64,000 nt of DNA from Comamonadaceae bacterium (GCA_027486495.1 JAIXOZ010000042.1:10226-74225); one strand, 5' to 3'. Positions 26,247 through 36,637 are shown, counted from the first letter of the stretch. Numbers and translations: made by a program. The notes: generated from the letters alone by a model not told the origin.

Positions 26247-26354
26247 TGGGTGAAATTTACGATTACTGCCATCGAATCAGGGACCCAAGTGGCCCCGGGT
26301 CAGTGCGTGACGCTTGTGGGTTCTTTGATTGAATTGAGGGGCTTGCCAAACCCA

Positions 26355-26807
26355 TCATTCAGTGCGCGTCTCAGTCGAGTGCGCCGCCAAGCGCTGAGCC
26401 ACCTCTTTTTTACCCAACTTGCGCACGGCCGCGATGGCTTGGAGCTGCGCGGCGCGGGGTTTGGACTTGCCCGTCTCCCAGTGGTAGACAGACTGGTTGG
26501 ACACACCCAGCAACAAGGCCATCTGCGCGGCCGACAAACCGAATTTTTTGCGCAGGGAAGCAAAGCCATCGGCGCGAAAGCGCAAGCCCTGCGGCTCATC
26601 CTCTGGCTGGACTGGGGTAGCGGGGCGGGCTGGCGTCTTGCCCAGGCGGCGCACCACGGCTTCGAGGCTGGCGATGCGCTTTTTGAGATCGGCGATCTCG
26701 GCGCGGTGCGTGGTTTGGGCCTTTTTCAGAACCGCCGCTTGCGTGCGCGATTCTTTTTTGGCAAGGCGTGAAATCTCGGTTTTCAACTGGGCTGCAAAGT
26801 TACTCAT
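26355..26807 (-). CDS. XRE-family HTH protein with N-terminal coiled-coil segment
   Basis: The C-terminal LSAAQMALLLGVSNQSVYHWETGKSKP is a Cro/C1-type HTH. The N-terminus is heptad-like and charged. Confidence 0.7.
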   Translation of the reverse strand: MSNFAAQLKTEISRLAKKESRTQAAVLKKAQTTHRAEIADLKKRIASLEAVVRRLGKTPARPATPVQPEDEPQGLRFRADGFASLRKKFGLSAAQMALLLGVSNQSVYHWETGKSKPRAAQLQAIAAVRKLGKKEVAQRLAAHSTETRTE

Positions 26808-27046
26808 GTTCTGTCCATCCGTTCGGAACGTGGATCATACGCAAACCGCAAGCCCTGCCAGCGTGGTCAAGCTGAGCAAGACAGGCCGCCTGCTGGCAAC
26901 GATGGAACCTGCTTGGCCACTTAGCGGTTGTCATCCCTTGTCACCTGAGCAGCAGGCCAGATCGCAAAGGCTGCTTAAATACAGGCAAGCGCGGCCCATC
27001 AACCTGATCGGGCAGACACGCTTGAGCACTTGATCAGGAACCCTCC

Positions 27047-27814
27047 ATGACACCATCACTCCAAGGCCAAACCGCGTGGATCACCGGCGGGGGCAGCGGC
27101 ATTGGGCTGGCTGGCGCCATGGCACTGGCCAAGGCCGGGGCCCATGTGGTGATTTCGGGCCGCAACGCCGCCACCAACGCCAGCGCTTTGGCCGCTTTGC
27201 AGGCTGTGGGCAGTGCCGAGGCACTGCTGCTGGACGTGGCCGACAAGCACGCCGTCAAGTCGGCCGTGCAGCAGATTCTGGACCGTCATGGGCGCATCGA
27301 CATCCTGGTGACCAGTGCGGGCACCAATGCCACACAGCGCAATTTCGACGTGGTCACACCCGAGGCCTGGGACGATGTGGTGGCCATCAACTTGTCCGGC
27401 CTGTTTTATTGCGTGCATGCGGTCTTGCCCGCCATGCGCCAGCAGCAAAGCGGCTTGATCATCAACGTGTCATCTTGGGCGGGGCTGTACGCCTCCAAGC
27501 TCACCGGTCCGGCTTACAACGCCACCAAACGCGCCGTGCTGGCACTGACCGAGTCGATCAACATGGAGGAATGCACGCACGGCATCCGCGCCACCTCGCT
27601 CTTGCCCGGCGAAGTGGCCACGCCCATTTTGGACAAACGGCCCGTGCCGCCGTCTGCCGAGCAGCGCGAATTGATGGTTCAGGCCGAAGACATGGGCCAG
27701 GCCATTTTGTTTGTGGCGCAAATGCCTGCGCGCACCTGCATCAACGAGTTGATCATCTCCCCCACCTTCAACCGCTTTTACACAGGCGGGCTGGAAACAC
27801 CGCCCAAGCGCTGA
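27047..27814 (+). CDS. SDR family oxidoreductase
   Basis: TGGGSGIGLA cofactor motif, NVSS, and YNATK catalytic YxxxK. Confidence 0.9.
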   Translation: MTPSLQGQTAWITGGGSGIGLAGAMALAKAGAHVVISGRNAATNASALAALQAVGSAEALLLDVADKHAVKSAVQQILDRHGRIDILVTSAGTNATQRNFDVVTPEAWDDVVAINLSGLFYCVHAVLPAMRQQQSGLIINVSSWAGLYASKLTGPAYNATKRAVLALTESINMEECTHGIRATSLLPGEVATPILDKRPVPPSAEQRELMVQAEDMGQAILFVAQMPARTCINELIISPTFNRFYTGGLETPPKR

Positions 27815-27838
27815 GCCCGGCGGCATCTGACCCAACCC

Positions 27839-28729
27839 ATGAGCCAACTTTTCAGCGACAGCGCCCGACACCGCCGCATCGGCATTGCGCTGGTCACGGT
27901 CACCACCTTGATGTTTGCGGTGCTCGACGCATCGGCCAAATGGCTGGTGCTCACCCTGCCCGTGATGCAGGTGGTGTGGATGCGCTTTCTAACGCACTCG
28001 ATTTTTTCCATCGCGGTCTTTGCCCCGTCGGTCAAAGGCGATTTGTTGCGCTGGCGGCATCCGCGCTTGCAGTTTTTGCGCGGCTTGATGTTGGCGTCCA
28101 TGACTGCACTCAATTTTTGGGCCTTGCAATATTTGCAGCTGGCCGAGATCGGGGCCATGCAGTTTTCCGTGCCGATTTTGATCGCCCTGCTGTCGGCCTG
28201 GTGGCTGGGCGAACGGCTGGACGCCAAACGCTGGTTGGCCATTGCGGTGGGCTTTGCGGGCGTGCTGGTCATCATTCGCCCCGGCAGCCAAGGCTTTCAC
28301 CCGGCCATCTTGTTGTCGGCGCTCAATGCCATTTTGTATGCCCTGTTCAACATGATGACGCGCTACCTGGCCAGCAGCGAACACCCGGCCACCACACAAC
28401 TGACCTCGGCGGTGGTGGCCACCTTGGTGTTGACGCCTGTGGCGCTGTGGCAATGGCAACAACCGGCCACCCTGCTGGAATGGTGCGTGATGGCGCTGGC
28501 CGGTTTGTGCGGCGGCATTGGCCACTACTTTGTGGCCGTGGCGCACCGCTACGCTTCGGCGGCGGTGCTGGGGCCGTTTTTGTACCAGCAGATCCTTTAC
28601 ATGACCGTACTCGGTTGGCTGGTGTTTGACCAAGTGCCTGACCTGGCCGTGGTGCTGGGCGCCTTGGTGGTGGTGGCCAGCGGCCTTTACTTGTTGTGGC
28701 GCGAGTTTCAAGGTCAAAGCAAACAGTGA
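27839..28729 (+). CDS. DMT superfamily (EamA) transporter
   Basis: Ten TM helices, two EamA repeats, 296 aa. Confidence 0.85.
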   Translation: MSQLFSDSARHRRIGIALVTVTTLMFAVLDASAKWLVLTLPVMQVVWMRFLTHSIFSIAVFAPSVKGDLLRWRHPRLQFLRGLMLASMTALNFWALQYLQLAEIGAMQFSVPILIALLSAWWLGERLDAKRWLAIAVGFAGVLVIIRPGSQGFHPAILLSALNAILYALFNMMTRYLASSEHPATTQLTSAVVATLVLTPVALWQWQQPATLLEWCVMALAGLCGGIGHYFVAVAHRYASAAVLGPFLYQQILYMTVLGWLVFDQVPDLAVVLGALVVVASGLYLLWREFQGQSKQ

Positions 28730-28866
28730 CCGGTGCCAACCCGTGAGGGTTGGGGCCAAGCAGCGCACAGTCAGATCGGTGACACAAAGCCTGCCGCCCT
28801 GCGCACAAGATTCGCGCAACACCCAATACGCATCTTGTGCTTGGGACGCCACCCTAGGAGTCTGAC

Positions 28867-29928
28867 ATGTCTACTTCTCCCCGTTGGAAACACCGTCCAC
28901 CCGGCTCGAACTGGGGTGACTTCGGACCGGACGACCAATGCGGTCGCATGAACCTCTTGACGCCCGACAAAGTGCTGCAAGGCATGCAGGAGGTGCGCAC
29001 GGGGCAAACCTTCAACCTCAGCCTGCCGCTGGATTTTCCGGGGGGCAATGTGCTCAACCCCAGGCGTCAGCCGCCCGTGTTGCGCCCGACGGTGCGCGAG
29101 GGCAAACCCAACATGAATTACCAGCTGTGGTGCGACGAGCCGGCCTGCACCGATGTGGTGTGCGACGACCTCGTGATCATGCACTTGCAGTACAGCACCC
29201 AATGGGACAGCCTGGCGCATGTGGGCTCGATGTTCGACGCCAACGGCGACGGTGTGCCCGAGCCGGTGTATTACAACGGCTTTCGCGCAGGGACCGATGT
29301 GGTTGGGCCCAGCAGTGGATCAGGGGCTGGCATTTTTGGTTTCCCAGAGATCGCCCGCGAATCCACATCGGCAGCCAAGGCCTTGGGCATTGAAAAAATG
29401 TCCGAGCGCTGCGTGCAAGGCCGTGCGGTGATGATCGACCTTCATGCCCACTTGGGCCGCGAGCGTGTGCGGGTGGGCTACGACCTGCTGATGGACATCA
29501 TGCGCCAAGACAAGGTGGTGGTGGAGCCTGGCGACATGGTGTGCCTGCACACGGGTTTTGCACAGATGCTGCTGGAGATGAACAAACAACCCGACCCGCA
29601 CGCGGTGGACAATTCATGTGCCGTGCTGGAGGGGCGCGACGAACGCCTGCTGCAGTGGATCACCGATTCGGGCCTGGTGGCGCTGATCGCCGACAACTAC
29701 GCGGTCGAAGGCTTGCCCGCCACACCCCGCCCCGGCAGCTGCGCAGCTTTGCCTTTGCACGAGCATTGCCTGTTCAAGCTGGGCGTGCATCTTGGCGAGA
29801 TCTGGCACCTGACCCCCTTGGCCAACTGGCTGCGCGAACACGGCCGTCACCGCTTTTTGCTCACCGCCCCACCCTTGCGCTTGCCCGGGGCCATTGGCTC
29901 ACCGGCCACGCCGATTGCCACGGTGTGA
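28867..29928 (+). CDS. Cyclase family protein (kynurenine formamidase-like fold)
   Basis: GRMNLLTP...GQTFNLSLPLD...HLQYSTQWDSLAHV resembles the putative-cyclase family. Confidence 0.75.
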   Translation: MSTSPRWKHRPPGSNWGDFGPDDQCGRMNLLTPDKVLQGMQEVRTGQTFNLSLPLDFPGGNVLNPRRQPPVLRPTVREGKPNMNYQLWCDEPACTDVVCDDLVIMHLQYSTQWDSLAHVGSMFDANGDGVPEPVYYNGFRAGTDVVGPSSGSGAGIFGFPEIARESTSAAKALGIEKMSERCVQGRAVMIDLHAHLGRERVRVGYDLLMDIMRQDKVVVEPGDMVCLHTGFAQMLLEMNKQPDPHAVDNSCAVLEGRDERLLQWITDSGLVALIADNYAVEGLPATPRPGSCAALPLHEHCLFKLGVHLGEIWHLTPLANWLREHGRHRFLLTAPPLRLPGAIGSPATPIATV

Positions 29929-30003
29929 GTCATCTGATCAGCCAGTGCTTGTGGCAGCGACAATCGGACCGCTGGGAACAGAATTACGGGAAGGACGTGG
30001 CCG

Positions 30004-30384
30004 ATGAATTTGCAATTGCTTGATTTTGACTGCAGCGAGGATGCTGAGGGCGTGGTCTGCTGGGATGCGCTGGCGCAACCTGCGCCCCAACACAACACGG
30101 CTTTGTTGCAAGAGGTTGCGCAGGTGCTGCGCTGGGCGCACAGCTTTGACCACGAAGGCCCCGGCCCACTGGAAAACGGTGCCAACTGGGACTTTGACCT
30201 GCAGGTCACGTTGCTGAGCCAGGGTGGCAAGCCTCAAGTGGCCACGCCCCGCTTTGTGCCCAGCACCGGGCAACTGAGCCTTGTGCCTGAGCCGGTCGAC
30301 ACGCAAAGTCTCTCGCTGAGCCTGACTTTGAGTGGCACGCCTGGTTTTGTGCAGGCATTTCGCGCCCAGTTCGAGCAGGCATGA
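30004..30384 (+). CDS. Hypothetical protein (126 aa), translationally coupled to chrA
   Basis: ATG start, coding-like GC3. Its stop overlaps the chrA ATG (ATGA at 30381-30384). I recognise no motif. Confidence 0.5.
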   Translation: MNLQLLDFDCSEDAEGVVCWDALAQPAPQHNTALLQEVAQVLRWAHSFDHEGPGPLENGANWDFDLQVTLLSQGGKPQVATPRFVPSTGQLSLVPEPVDTQSLSLSLTLSGTPGFVQAFRAQFEQA

Positions 30385-31727
30385 ACGCACCGCATGCATC
30401 GGACACACCGCGTGTGCCCAGCTTCAGAACGGCGGTCAAGTTCTGGTTTTGGCTGGGCTGCATCAGCTTCGGCGGCCCGGCCGGACAAATCGCCCTGATG
30501 CACGAAGAGTTGGTGGTGCGCCGCCGCTGGATCTCGGAAAAACGCTACCTGCACGCGCTGCACTACTGCATGCTGCTGCCCGGCCCCGAAGCGCAGCAAC
30601 TGGCCACCTACACCGGCTGGTTGATGCACGGCACGCGCGGTGGCCTGGCCGCTGGGGCCTTGTTTGTGCTGCCGTCTTTGGTGCTGCTGATCGTGCTGAG
30701 CTGGGCCTACACCGCCTGGGGGCAACACCCTTGGGGGCAAGCACTGCTGTGGGGCCTGAAGCCCGCCGTGACCGCGCTGGTGCTGCAAGCGGCGCACCGC
30801 CTGGCCCTGCGCACCTTGAAGGCCCGCTGGTTGTGGGCGCTGGCGGTGCTGTCTTTGCTGGGCATGCTCTGGGGTCTGCCCTTTGTGTGGATCATTGCGG
30901 GTGCGGCGGCCACAGGCTACTACATGTCGCGCCAGCCCGCAGTGGACCTTCAGGCCCCAACCCAAGCGAGCCAAGCCACGCCAACCGAGGCGCACAGCGC
31001 AGCCCCGGCTTGGCTGGACGACGACACGCCCGCCCCCGCACACACACACTACAGCCACCCGCGCCTGTTGCGCGCACTGGCCTGGGGCGTGGGATTGTGG
31101 GCCGTGAGCCTGGGCCTGATTGCGCTGGTGTTCGGGCTGGACCACACCCTCACGCACATGGGTGGTTTTTTCACGCAAGCGGCTTTGCTGACCTTTGGTG
31201 GCGCTTACGCGGTGTTGCCCTTTGTGACACAAGCGGCCGTGGTGCATTACGGCTGGCTGAGCGCAGCGCAAATGATGGACGGTCTGGCACTGGGCGAGAC
31301 CACGCCGGGGCCGCTGATCATGGTGGTGGCGTTTGTGGGCTTTTTAGGCGGTCACAGCCAGGCCTTGTTCGGCTACCCAGTGCTTGGCGGCATCGTGGCA
31401 GCTTGCGTGGTGACTTGGTTCACCTTTTTGCCCTCGTTTGTGTTCATTTTGGCGGGCGGTCCGCTGGTCGAGTCGACACGCCACATGCCTTCGCTGGCTG
31501 GCCCCCTGCAAGGCATCACGGCGGCCGTGATCGGCGTGATCGTGCACCTGGCAGGCGTCTTTGCACGCCAGACCTGGCTGCCCGGGGGCTGGCACATGTT
31601 GCCCGATCTGGGTGCCGTGGCGCTCACCCTGCTGGTCACTTGGTTGCTGATCCGCAGGCAGCTGAGCGTGTTCAAGCTGTTGGGCCTGTGCACGGCGCTG
31701 GGGCTGGCGTGGCAGTTGCTGGTTTGA
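30381..31727 (+). CDS. chrA: Chromate ion transporter (CHR family, two-domain long form)
   Basis: [25 protein letters not shown] in the first half. The second-half repeat [19 protein letters not shown]...[10 protein letters not shown] is also present. Confidence 0.9.
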   Translation: MNAPHASDTPRVPSFRTAVKFWFWLGCISFGGPAGQIALMHEELVVRRRWISEKRYLHALHYCMLLPGPEAQQLATYTGWLMHGTRGGLAAGALFVLPSLVLLIVLSWAYTAWGQHPWGQALLWGLKPAVTALVLQAAHRLALRTLKARWLWALAVLSLLGMLWGLPFVWIIAGAAATGYYMSRQPAVDLQAPTQASQATPTEAHSAAPAWLDDDTPAPAHTHYSHPRLLRALAWGVGLWAVSLGLIALVFGLDHTLTHMGGFFTQAALLTFGGAYAVLPFVTQAAVVHYGWLSAAQMMDGLALGETTPGPLIMVVAFVGFLGGHSQALFGYPVLGGIVAACVVTWFTFLPSFVFILAGGPLVESTRHMPSLAGPLQGITAAVIGVIVHLAGVFARQTWLPGGWHMLPDLGAVALTLLVTWLLIRRQLSVFKLLGLCTALGLAWQLLV

Positions 31728-31790
31728 GCCCACAAGCCAAGCCAAGCCACAACCCCTGATGGATTTGGAGCAGTGAAGTTTGATTTTTTT

Positions 31791-31884
31791 GTCATCCCGG
31801 CCTCGAGCCGGGATTCAGAATGGCAACAGGTCTTTGCAAAAGTCAGTGCTCCATGCTGGACCCCGGGTCTTCGCCTGCGATGAC
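31791..31884. repeat. 94-bp REP/MITE-like palindromic element (reference copy of the family)
   Basis: Termini GTCATC...GATGAC with internal hairpins CCCGGC-CTCGA-GCCGGG and GACCCCGGGTC. It aligns by eye to 52703-52797. Confidence 0.7.
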
Positions 31885-31981
31885 AAAGAGCGGACAAGCA
31901 CACAGGCCATTCACATTTCATCGGACCGGATCAATAGCTGCTTCTGTGCGTTAATTCACCCCGATAACGCCCACCCACACC

Positions 31982-32320
31982 ATGACCGAAGAATTCCAGA
32001 TCGACATCCCCGCCTCCTTCATGGCGCTGTTCGTGCCGCCCGGCAAGATCAAACCCAGCTTGGGCCAACGCGATATGGCCGCACGCTACGAGTTGTGCGA
32101 AGACCTGGCCAACTTGCTGACAGAAAAAGCTGCCAACATGCAGTTCACTTTGGGCATCACCGAAGAGCTGGTGCTGGCGCAATGCGAAACCGGACTTCTG
32201 GCCGAGCCCGCCGTGGTCTCGCCCCGCGAGGCACGCTGGGTGGTCTGCCGACTGGCCGAGCTGCTGCAGTGGCCCATGGACCAACTGTTGCAAGCGCCTG
32301 CGCCCAGCCAACCGAATTGA
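31982..32320 (+). CDS. Hypothetical protein (112 aa)
   Basis: ATG start and coding-like composition. It ends 7 nt before the MATE gene. No motif recognised. Confidence 0.55.
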   Translation: MTEEFQIDIPASFMALFVPPGKIKPSLGQRDMAARYELCEDLANLLTEKAANMQFTLGITEELVLAQCETGLLAEPAVVSPREARWVVCRLAELLQWPMDQLLQAPAPSQPN

Positions 32321-32327
32321 TGCCCGC

Positions 32328-33692
32328 ATGAGCACACCCGATTTGCAAAGGCTGCTGACGGCCCCCATCTTGCCCACCTTGCTGCGCCTGGCCGCACCCA
32401 ATGTGCTGGCCATGGTGATGACGGTGCTGGTGGGCATTGCCGAGACTTATTACGTGGGCCGTCTGGGCACCACGCCGCTGGCGGCCATGGCCTTGGTGTT
32501 CCCGTTTGCCATGCTCACCCAGATGATGTCGGCCGGTGCCATGGGCGGGGGCGTGTCGGCGGCCATCAGCCGGGCCTTGGGCGCATCGGATTTGGCACGC
32601 GCACAAAGCCTGGTGCAGCACGCCTTGCTCATTGGCCTGGGCGCGGGTCTGCTCTACAGCGCCATTTTTTTGCTCTGGGGTCCAGACTTTTACGCGCTGC
32701 TGGGCGGGCAAGGTGCGGTGCAGGATCAAGCCGTTCAATACGGCCAAGCGCTGTTTGCCGGGGCCGTGTTGGTTTGGCTGCTCAACACCCTGGCCTCCAT
32801 CCTAAGAGGCACGGGCAACATGCGCGCGCCCTCGTTGGCCCTGGTGGCCACGGCCGCTTTGCAAATTGTGCTGGGCGGTGCGCTGTCACTGGGAGCCGGG
32901 CCTGTGCCCGCCTTGGGCATCGTGGGGGTGGCCTTAGGGCACATCCTGGCCACAGCGGCGGGCGTGGTGTATTTCCTGTGGTACTTGGTGCGCAGCCAGG
33001 GGCGCTTGACACTGCACCTGCAAGGCTTTGCGCTGCAGCGCAGCCTGTTTGCCGACATCCTGCGGGTGGGGGCCGTGGCCTGTTTGTCGCCGATGCAGTC
33101 GGTGCTGGCCATCCTGATTTTTACCGGCCTGCTGGCGCGGCTGGGCACCGAAGCGCTGGCCGGCTACGGCATCGGCCAGCGACTGGAGTATTTGCTCATC
33201 CCCATCGCCTTTGGCATCGGCGTGGCCGCTGTGCCCATGGTGGGCATGGCCATGGGCGCAGGCCAGGTGGCCCGCGCCAGGCGGGTGGCCTGGGTGGCAG
33301 CGGGAGTCTCGGCCTTCAACCTGGCCGTGATTGGCGCCGTGGTCTGGCTGGCCCCGGATCTGTGGGCGCGCCTGTTCACACAAGACGAGGCGGTACTGGC
33401 CTACGCCAGGCAATACCTGGTAACGGCCGGACCTGCTTTCCCTTTCTTTGGCCTGGGCCTGACCTTGTACTTCGCTTCACAAGGGGCAGGCCAGGTCATT
33501 GGACCGGTGCTGGCCGGCACGGTGCGTCTGGTGCTGGTGGCGGGCGTGGGTTGGTGGTTAGCACAAAACCAAGGCACAGCGGATCATTTTTATGGGCTGG
33601 TGGCGGTGGCCATGGTGCTGTATGGGGTGGTGACGGCTGCGGCCTTAGCCTTCACACCCTGGGGCCCCCGCCAAGCCCGCAAAGCAGGGTGA
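32328..33692 (+). CDS. MATE family efflux transporter
   Basis: Twelve TM helices. The N-terminal LLRLAAPNVLAMVMTVLVGIAETYYVGRLG is typical of MatE. Confidence 0.9.
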   Translation: MSTPDLQRLLTAPILPTLLRLAAPNVLAMVMTVLVGIAETYYVGRLGTTPLAAMALVFPFAMLTQMMSAGAMGGGVSAAISRALGASDLARAQSLVQHALLIGLGAGLLYSAIFLLWGPDFYALLGGQGAVQDQAVQYGQALFAGAVLVWLLNTLASILRGTGNMRAPSLALVATAALQIVLGGALSLGAGPVPALGIVGVALGHILATAAGVVYFLWYLVRSQGRLTLHLQGFALQRSLFADILRVGAVACLSPMQSVLAILIFTGLLARLGTEALAGYGIGQRLEYLLIPIAFGIGVAAVPMVGMAMGAGQVARARRVAWVAAGVSAFNLAVIGAVVWLAPDLWARLFTQDEAVLAYARQYLVTAGPAFPFFGLGLTLYFASQGAGQVIGPVLAGTVRLVLVAGVGWWLAQNQGTADHFYGLVAVAMVLYGVVTAAALAFTPWGPRQARKAG

Positions 33693-33693
33693 A

Positions 33694-33721
33694 CTTTGTC
33701 GGACCTGAAGGCCCGACAAAG
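33694..33721 (+). terminator. Stem-loop immediately after the MATE gene (possible terminator, no T-run)
   Basis: CTTTGTCGG (33694-33702) pairs with CCGACAAAG (33713-33721). Confidence 0.3.
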
Positions 33722-33860
33722 CCCAACACACACAATCCGATCAACGCTCCACCAACTAGGGTAAACACCAAGCACCAAAGCTGCATGGGGTGCGCACAAT
33801 ATGGTTATCAGTAATAACTTTATTGGCCGCCTGGCCATGATCAGCCTAGGACCTCTTGCG

Positions 33861-34667
33861 ATGACCCAATCCCTCCACCCGATCCTGGAACGTGCCGCCG
33901 TCAATGGCGTGGCCCTGGAGATGCAAGGCGCAGTGGCCTTGGTGCGCCTTTGTCGCCCAGCCAAGCGCAATGCCCTCAACGATGCCCTGATCGAAGCGCT
34001 GCGCGATGTGTTCCAGAACCTGCCCCCTGAAGCCCGAGCCGCCGTGGTCCACGGTGAGGGCGACCACTTTTGCGCTGGGCTGGATTTGTCGGAGCTCAAA
34101 GAGCGCGACGCGGGCGAAGGCATTCACCACTCGCGCGGCTGGCATGTGGCGCTGAACGCGGTGGAGCAAGGCAGCGTGCCCGTGGTCTGTGCGCTGCACG
34201 GCGCGGTGGTGGGTGGCGGACTGGAGCTGGCCAGCGCCAGCCACATCCGTGTGGCCGACGAGAGCACTTTTTACGCCCTGCCCGAAGGCACACGCGGCAT
34301 TTTTGTGGGCGGCGGTGGCTCGGTGCGCGTGCCCAAGCTGATTGGCACGGCGCGCATGATCGACATGATGCTCACGGGTCGCGTCTACGACGCGCAAGAA
34401 GGCGAGCGTGTGGGCTTTGCACAATACTTGGTGCCCACCGGCACGGCTTTGGCCAAGGCCATCGAGCTGGCCACACGCATTGCCACCAATGCGCGGCTGA
34501 CCAACTTTGCGCTCACGCACGCCATGCCGCGCATTGCCGAACAACCCGCTGACCACGGCCTGTTCACCGAAGCCCTGATGGCCTCGATCGCCCAAGCCGC
34601 CCCCGAAGCCAAAGCCCGTGTGCGCGCCTTCCTTGAAGGCAAGGCGGCCAAGGTACAAAAAAGCTGA
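33861..34667 (+). CDS. Enoyl-CoA hydratase/isomerase (crotonase) family protein
   Basis: VALVRLCRPAKRNALND...FCAGLDLSE...ALHGAVVGGGLELA carries the oxyanion-hole motifs. Confidence 0.85.
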   Translation: MTQSLHPILERAAVNGVALEMQGAVALVRLCRPAKRNALNDALIEALRDVFQNLPPEARAAVVHGEGDHFCAGLDLSELKERDAGEGIHHSRGWHVALNAVEQGSVPVVCALHGAVVGGGLELASASHIRVADESTFYALPEGTRGIFVGGGGSVRVPKLIGTARMIDMMLTGRVYDAQEGERVGFAQYLVPTGTALAKAIELATRIATNARLTNFALTHAMPRIAEQPADHGLFTEALMASIAQAAPEAKARVRAFLEGKAAKVQKS

Positions 34668-34680
34668 ACCGGAGACGCGC

Positions 34681-36534
34681 ATGAACGCCCCCAAATTCCG
34701 CCCGCTCAAATTTGGCGTGACCCGCGTCAACGTGCGCGATGGCGCCTCCGGCACGCGATACCTGCAAGCCGATCAGACGCTGCAGGCTTTTCCTGACCGC
34801 CTGACCGATCGTTTGCAGCACTGGGCGCGGGTTAAGCCCGAGCAGACCTTCATGGCCCGGCGCGTGAAAAATACAGATGGCACCTTGGGCGACTGGAAGC
34901 ACATCACTTATGCGCAAGCCTGGCAAACCGCCCGCAGCATCGCGCAAAGCTTGCTCGACCGGGGCCTGAGCGCCGAGCGGCCCGTGGTGATCCTGAGCGA
35001 AAACAGCCTGGAACACGCTTTGCTGTCCCTGGGTTGCCTGATCGCGGGCGTGCCCTTTGTGCCCACCTCGCCGCCCTACTCACTAGTCAGCGTGGACTAT
35101 GACAAGCTCAAACATGTGCTGCGCACCGTCACGCCGGGCTTGGTGTTTGCATCGGACGCCCGCTACGCCAAAGCCATTGCGGCCACAGTGAGCGATGACA
35201 TGGAAGTGGTCATGTGTGAAGGCCAAGTGCCTGGTCGCACGGTCACGGCCTTTGACAGCCTGTGCGCCACTGCGGTCACCACCGCTGTGGATGCCGCCAT
35301 GGCAGCCACCGGTCCTGACACCATCGCCAAGTTTTTGTTCACCAGCGGCTCGACCAAGATGCCCAAGGCCGTCATCAACAACAACCGCTTGTGGTGCGCC
35401 AACCAGCAACAAATGGCGCAGTCCATGCCGGTGCTGGCCGAGCGCGAACTGGTGCTGGTCGACTGGCTGCCGTGGAACCACACTTTTGGTGGCAACCACA
35501 ACTTTGGCATGACGGTGTTCCACGGCGGCACGCTTTACATCGACGACGGCAAGCCCACGCCAGCGCTGATGCACGAGACCTTGCGCAATCTGCGCGAGAT
35601 CTCGCCCACGGTGTACTTCAACGTGCCCACCGGCTTTGAAGCGATTGCCCACGCCATGAAGTCCGATGACCAGCTGCGCAAAACGCTGCTCTCGCGGATG
35701 CAAATGTTCTTCTATGCCGGAGCCGCATTGGCCCAACCGATTTGGGACAGCCTGTACGAATCACAAGAGCGTGAAATCGGCGAGCGCATCGTCATGGGCA
35801 CGGGCCTGGGCATGACCGAATCCGGTCCCTTTGGCATCTTCGTGACCAACCCTTTTGTGCAAGCGGGCGACCTGGGCGTGCCCACACCCGGCCTAGAGCT
35901 CAAGCTCGTGGACACACAAGGCAAAACCGAAGTGCGCTACCGTGGCCCCAACATCACACCCGGCTACTGGCGCAACGCAGAAGAAACCGCCAGTGCGTTT
36001 GACGAAGAAGGCTTCTTCAAGACCGGCGATGCGGTCCAATGGATTGACGAGGCCAATGTGCACCTGGGCCTGAAGTTTGACGGCCGCATTGCCGAAGACT
36101 TCAAGCTGGCCACCGGCACCTTTGTCAGCGTGGGCCCGCTGCGTGGCAAGATCACGGCAGCGGGTGCGCCCTACATTCAGGACGCGGTGCTCACCGGCAT
36201 CAACATGAAGGAAGTTGGCGCGATGATTTTCCCAACACCCGCTGTGCGAGCGCTCAGCGGTCTGGCTGCAGATGCGCCGATGTCAGAGGTGCTCGCGTCT
36301 GCCCCGGTGTTGGCCAAGTTCCAGGAGATCGTCAACACCCTGGCCCAAACCGCCAGCGGCAGCGCCAACCGCATTGCACGCCTGTGCCTGCTCAGTGAGC
36401 CACCCACCATCGACAAGGGCGAGATCACCGACAAGGGCTCGATCAACCAACGCTCGGTGCTCGCGCACCGCGCGGACACCGTGGCGGCGCTGCACGAAGG
36501 CACTTTGCCCAACATCCTCCAACCTCATGCCTAG
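34681..36534 (+). CDS. Feruloyl-CoA synthase-like AMP-dependent acyl-CoA synthetase
   Basis: FTSGSTKMPKAV AMP motif. The N-terminus (RYLQADQTLQAFPDRLTDRLQHWA) resembles Fcs-type enzymes by eye. 617 aa. Confidence 0.75.
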   Translation: MNAPKFRPLKFGVTRVNVRDGASGTRYLQADQTLQAFPDRLTDRLQHWARVKPEQTFMARRVKNTDGTLGDWKHITYAQAWQTARSIAQSLLDRGLSAERPVVILSENSLEHALLSLGCLIAGVPFVPTSPPYSLVSVDYDKLKHVLRTVTPGLVFASDARYAKAIAATVSDDMEVVMCEGQVPGRTVTAFDSLCATAVTTAVDAAMAATGPDTIAKFLFTSGSTKMPKAVINNNRLWCANQQQMAQSMPVLAERELVLVDWLPWNHTFGGNHNFGMTVFHGGTLYIDDGKPTPALMHETLRNLREISPTVYFNVPTGFEAIAHAMKSDDQLRKTLLSRMQMFFYAGAALAQPIWDSLYESQEREIGERIVMGTGLGMTESGPFGIFVTNPFVQAGDLGVPTPGLELKLVDTQGKTEVRYRGPNITPGYWRNAEETASAFDEEGFFKTGDAVQWIDEANVHLGLKFDGRIAEDFKLATGTFVSVGPLRGKITAAGAPYIQDAVLTGINMKEVGAMIFPTPAVRALSGLAADAPMSEVLASAPVLAKFQEIVNTLAQTASGSANRIARLCLLSEPPTIDKGEITDKGSINQRSVLAHRADTVAALHEGTLPNILQPHA

Positions 36535-36610
36535 GCTCGGGAATGCATTCACCCATCTGCCCTCCCCACGCCATGGCCTCGAAAGAGGTAACACATGCCT
36601 TCACGGCGCA

Positions 36611-36637
36611 TGGATGCCCGATCAAGTCGGGCATGAC
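36611..36637. repeat. Short module of the REP/MITE family (hairpin ATGCCCGATCAAGTCGGGCAT plus GAC)
   Basis: It is near-identical in design to 47761-47785 and 63041-63067. Confidence 0.5.

Noticed and set aside
26129-29928. Genomic island integrated at tRNA-Asn
   Set aside because: tRNA-Asn is a classic integration hotspot and an XRE regulator follows it. However, I found no integrase or recombinase, no convincing direct repeat of the tRNA 3' end downstream (only a 9-nt chance match near 62905), and no visible compositional break. The downstream genes are ordinary metabolic or transport genes.
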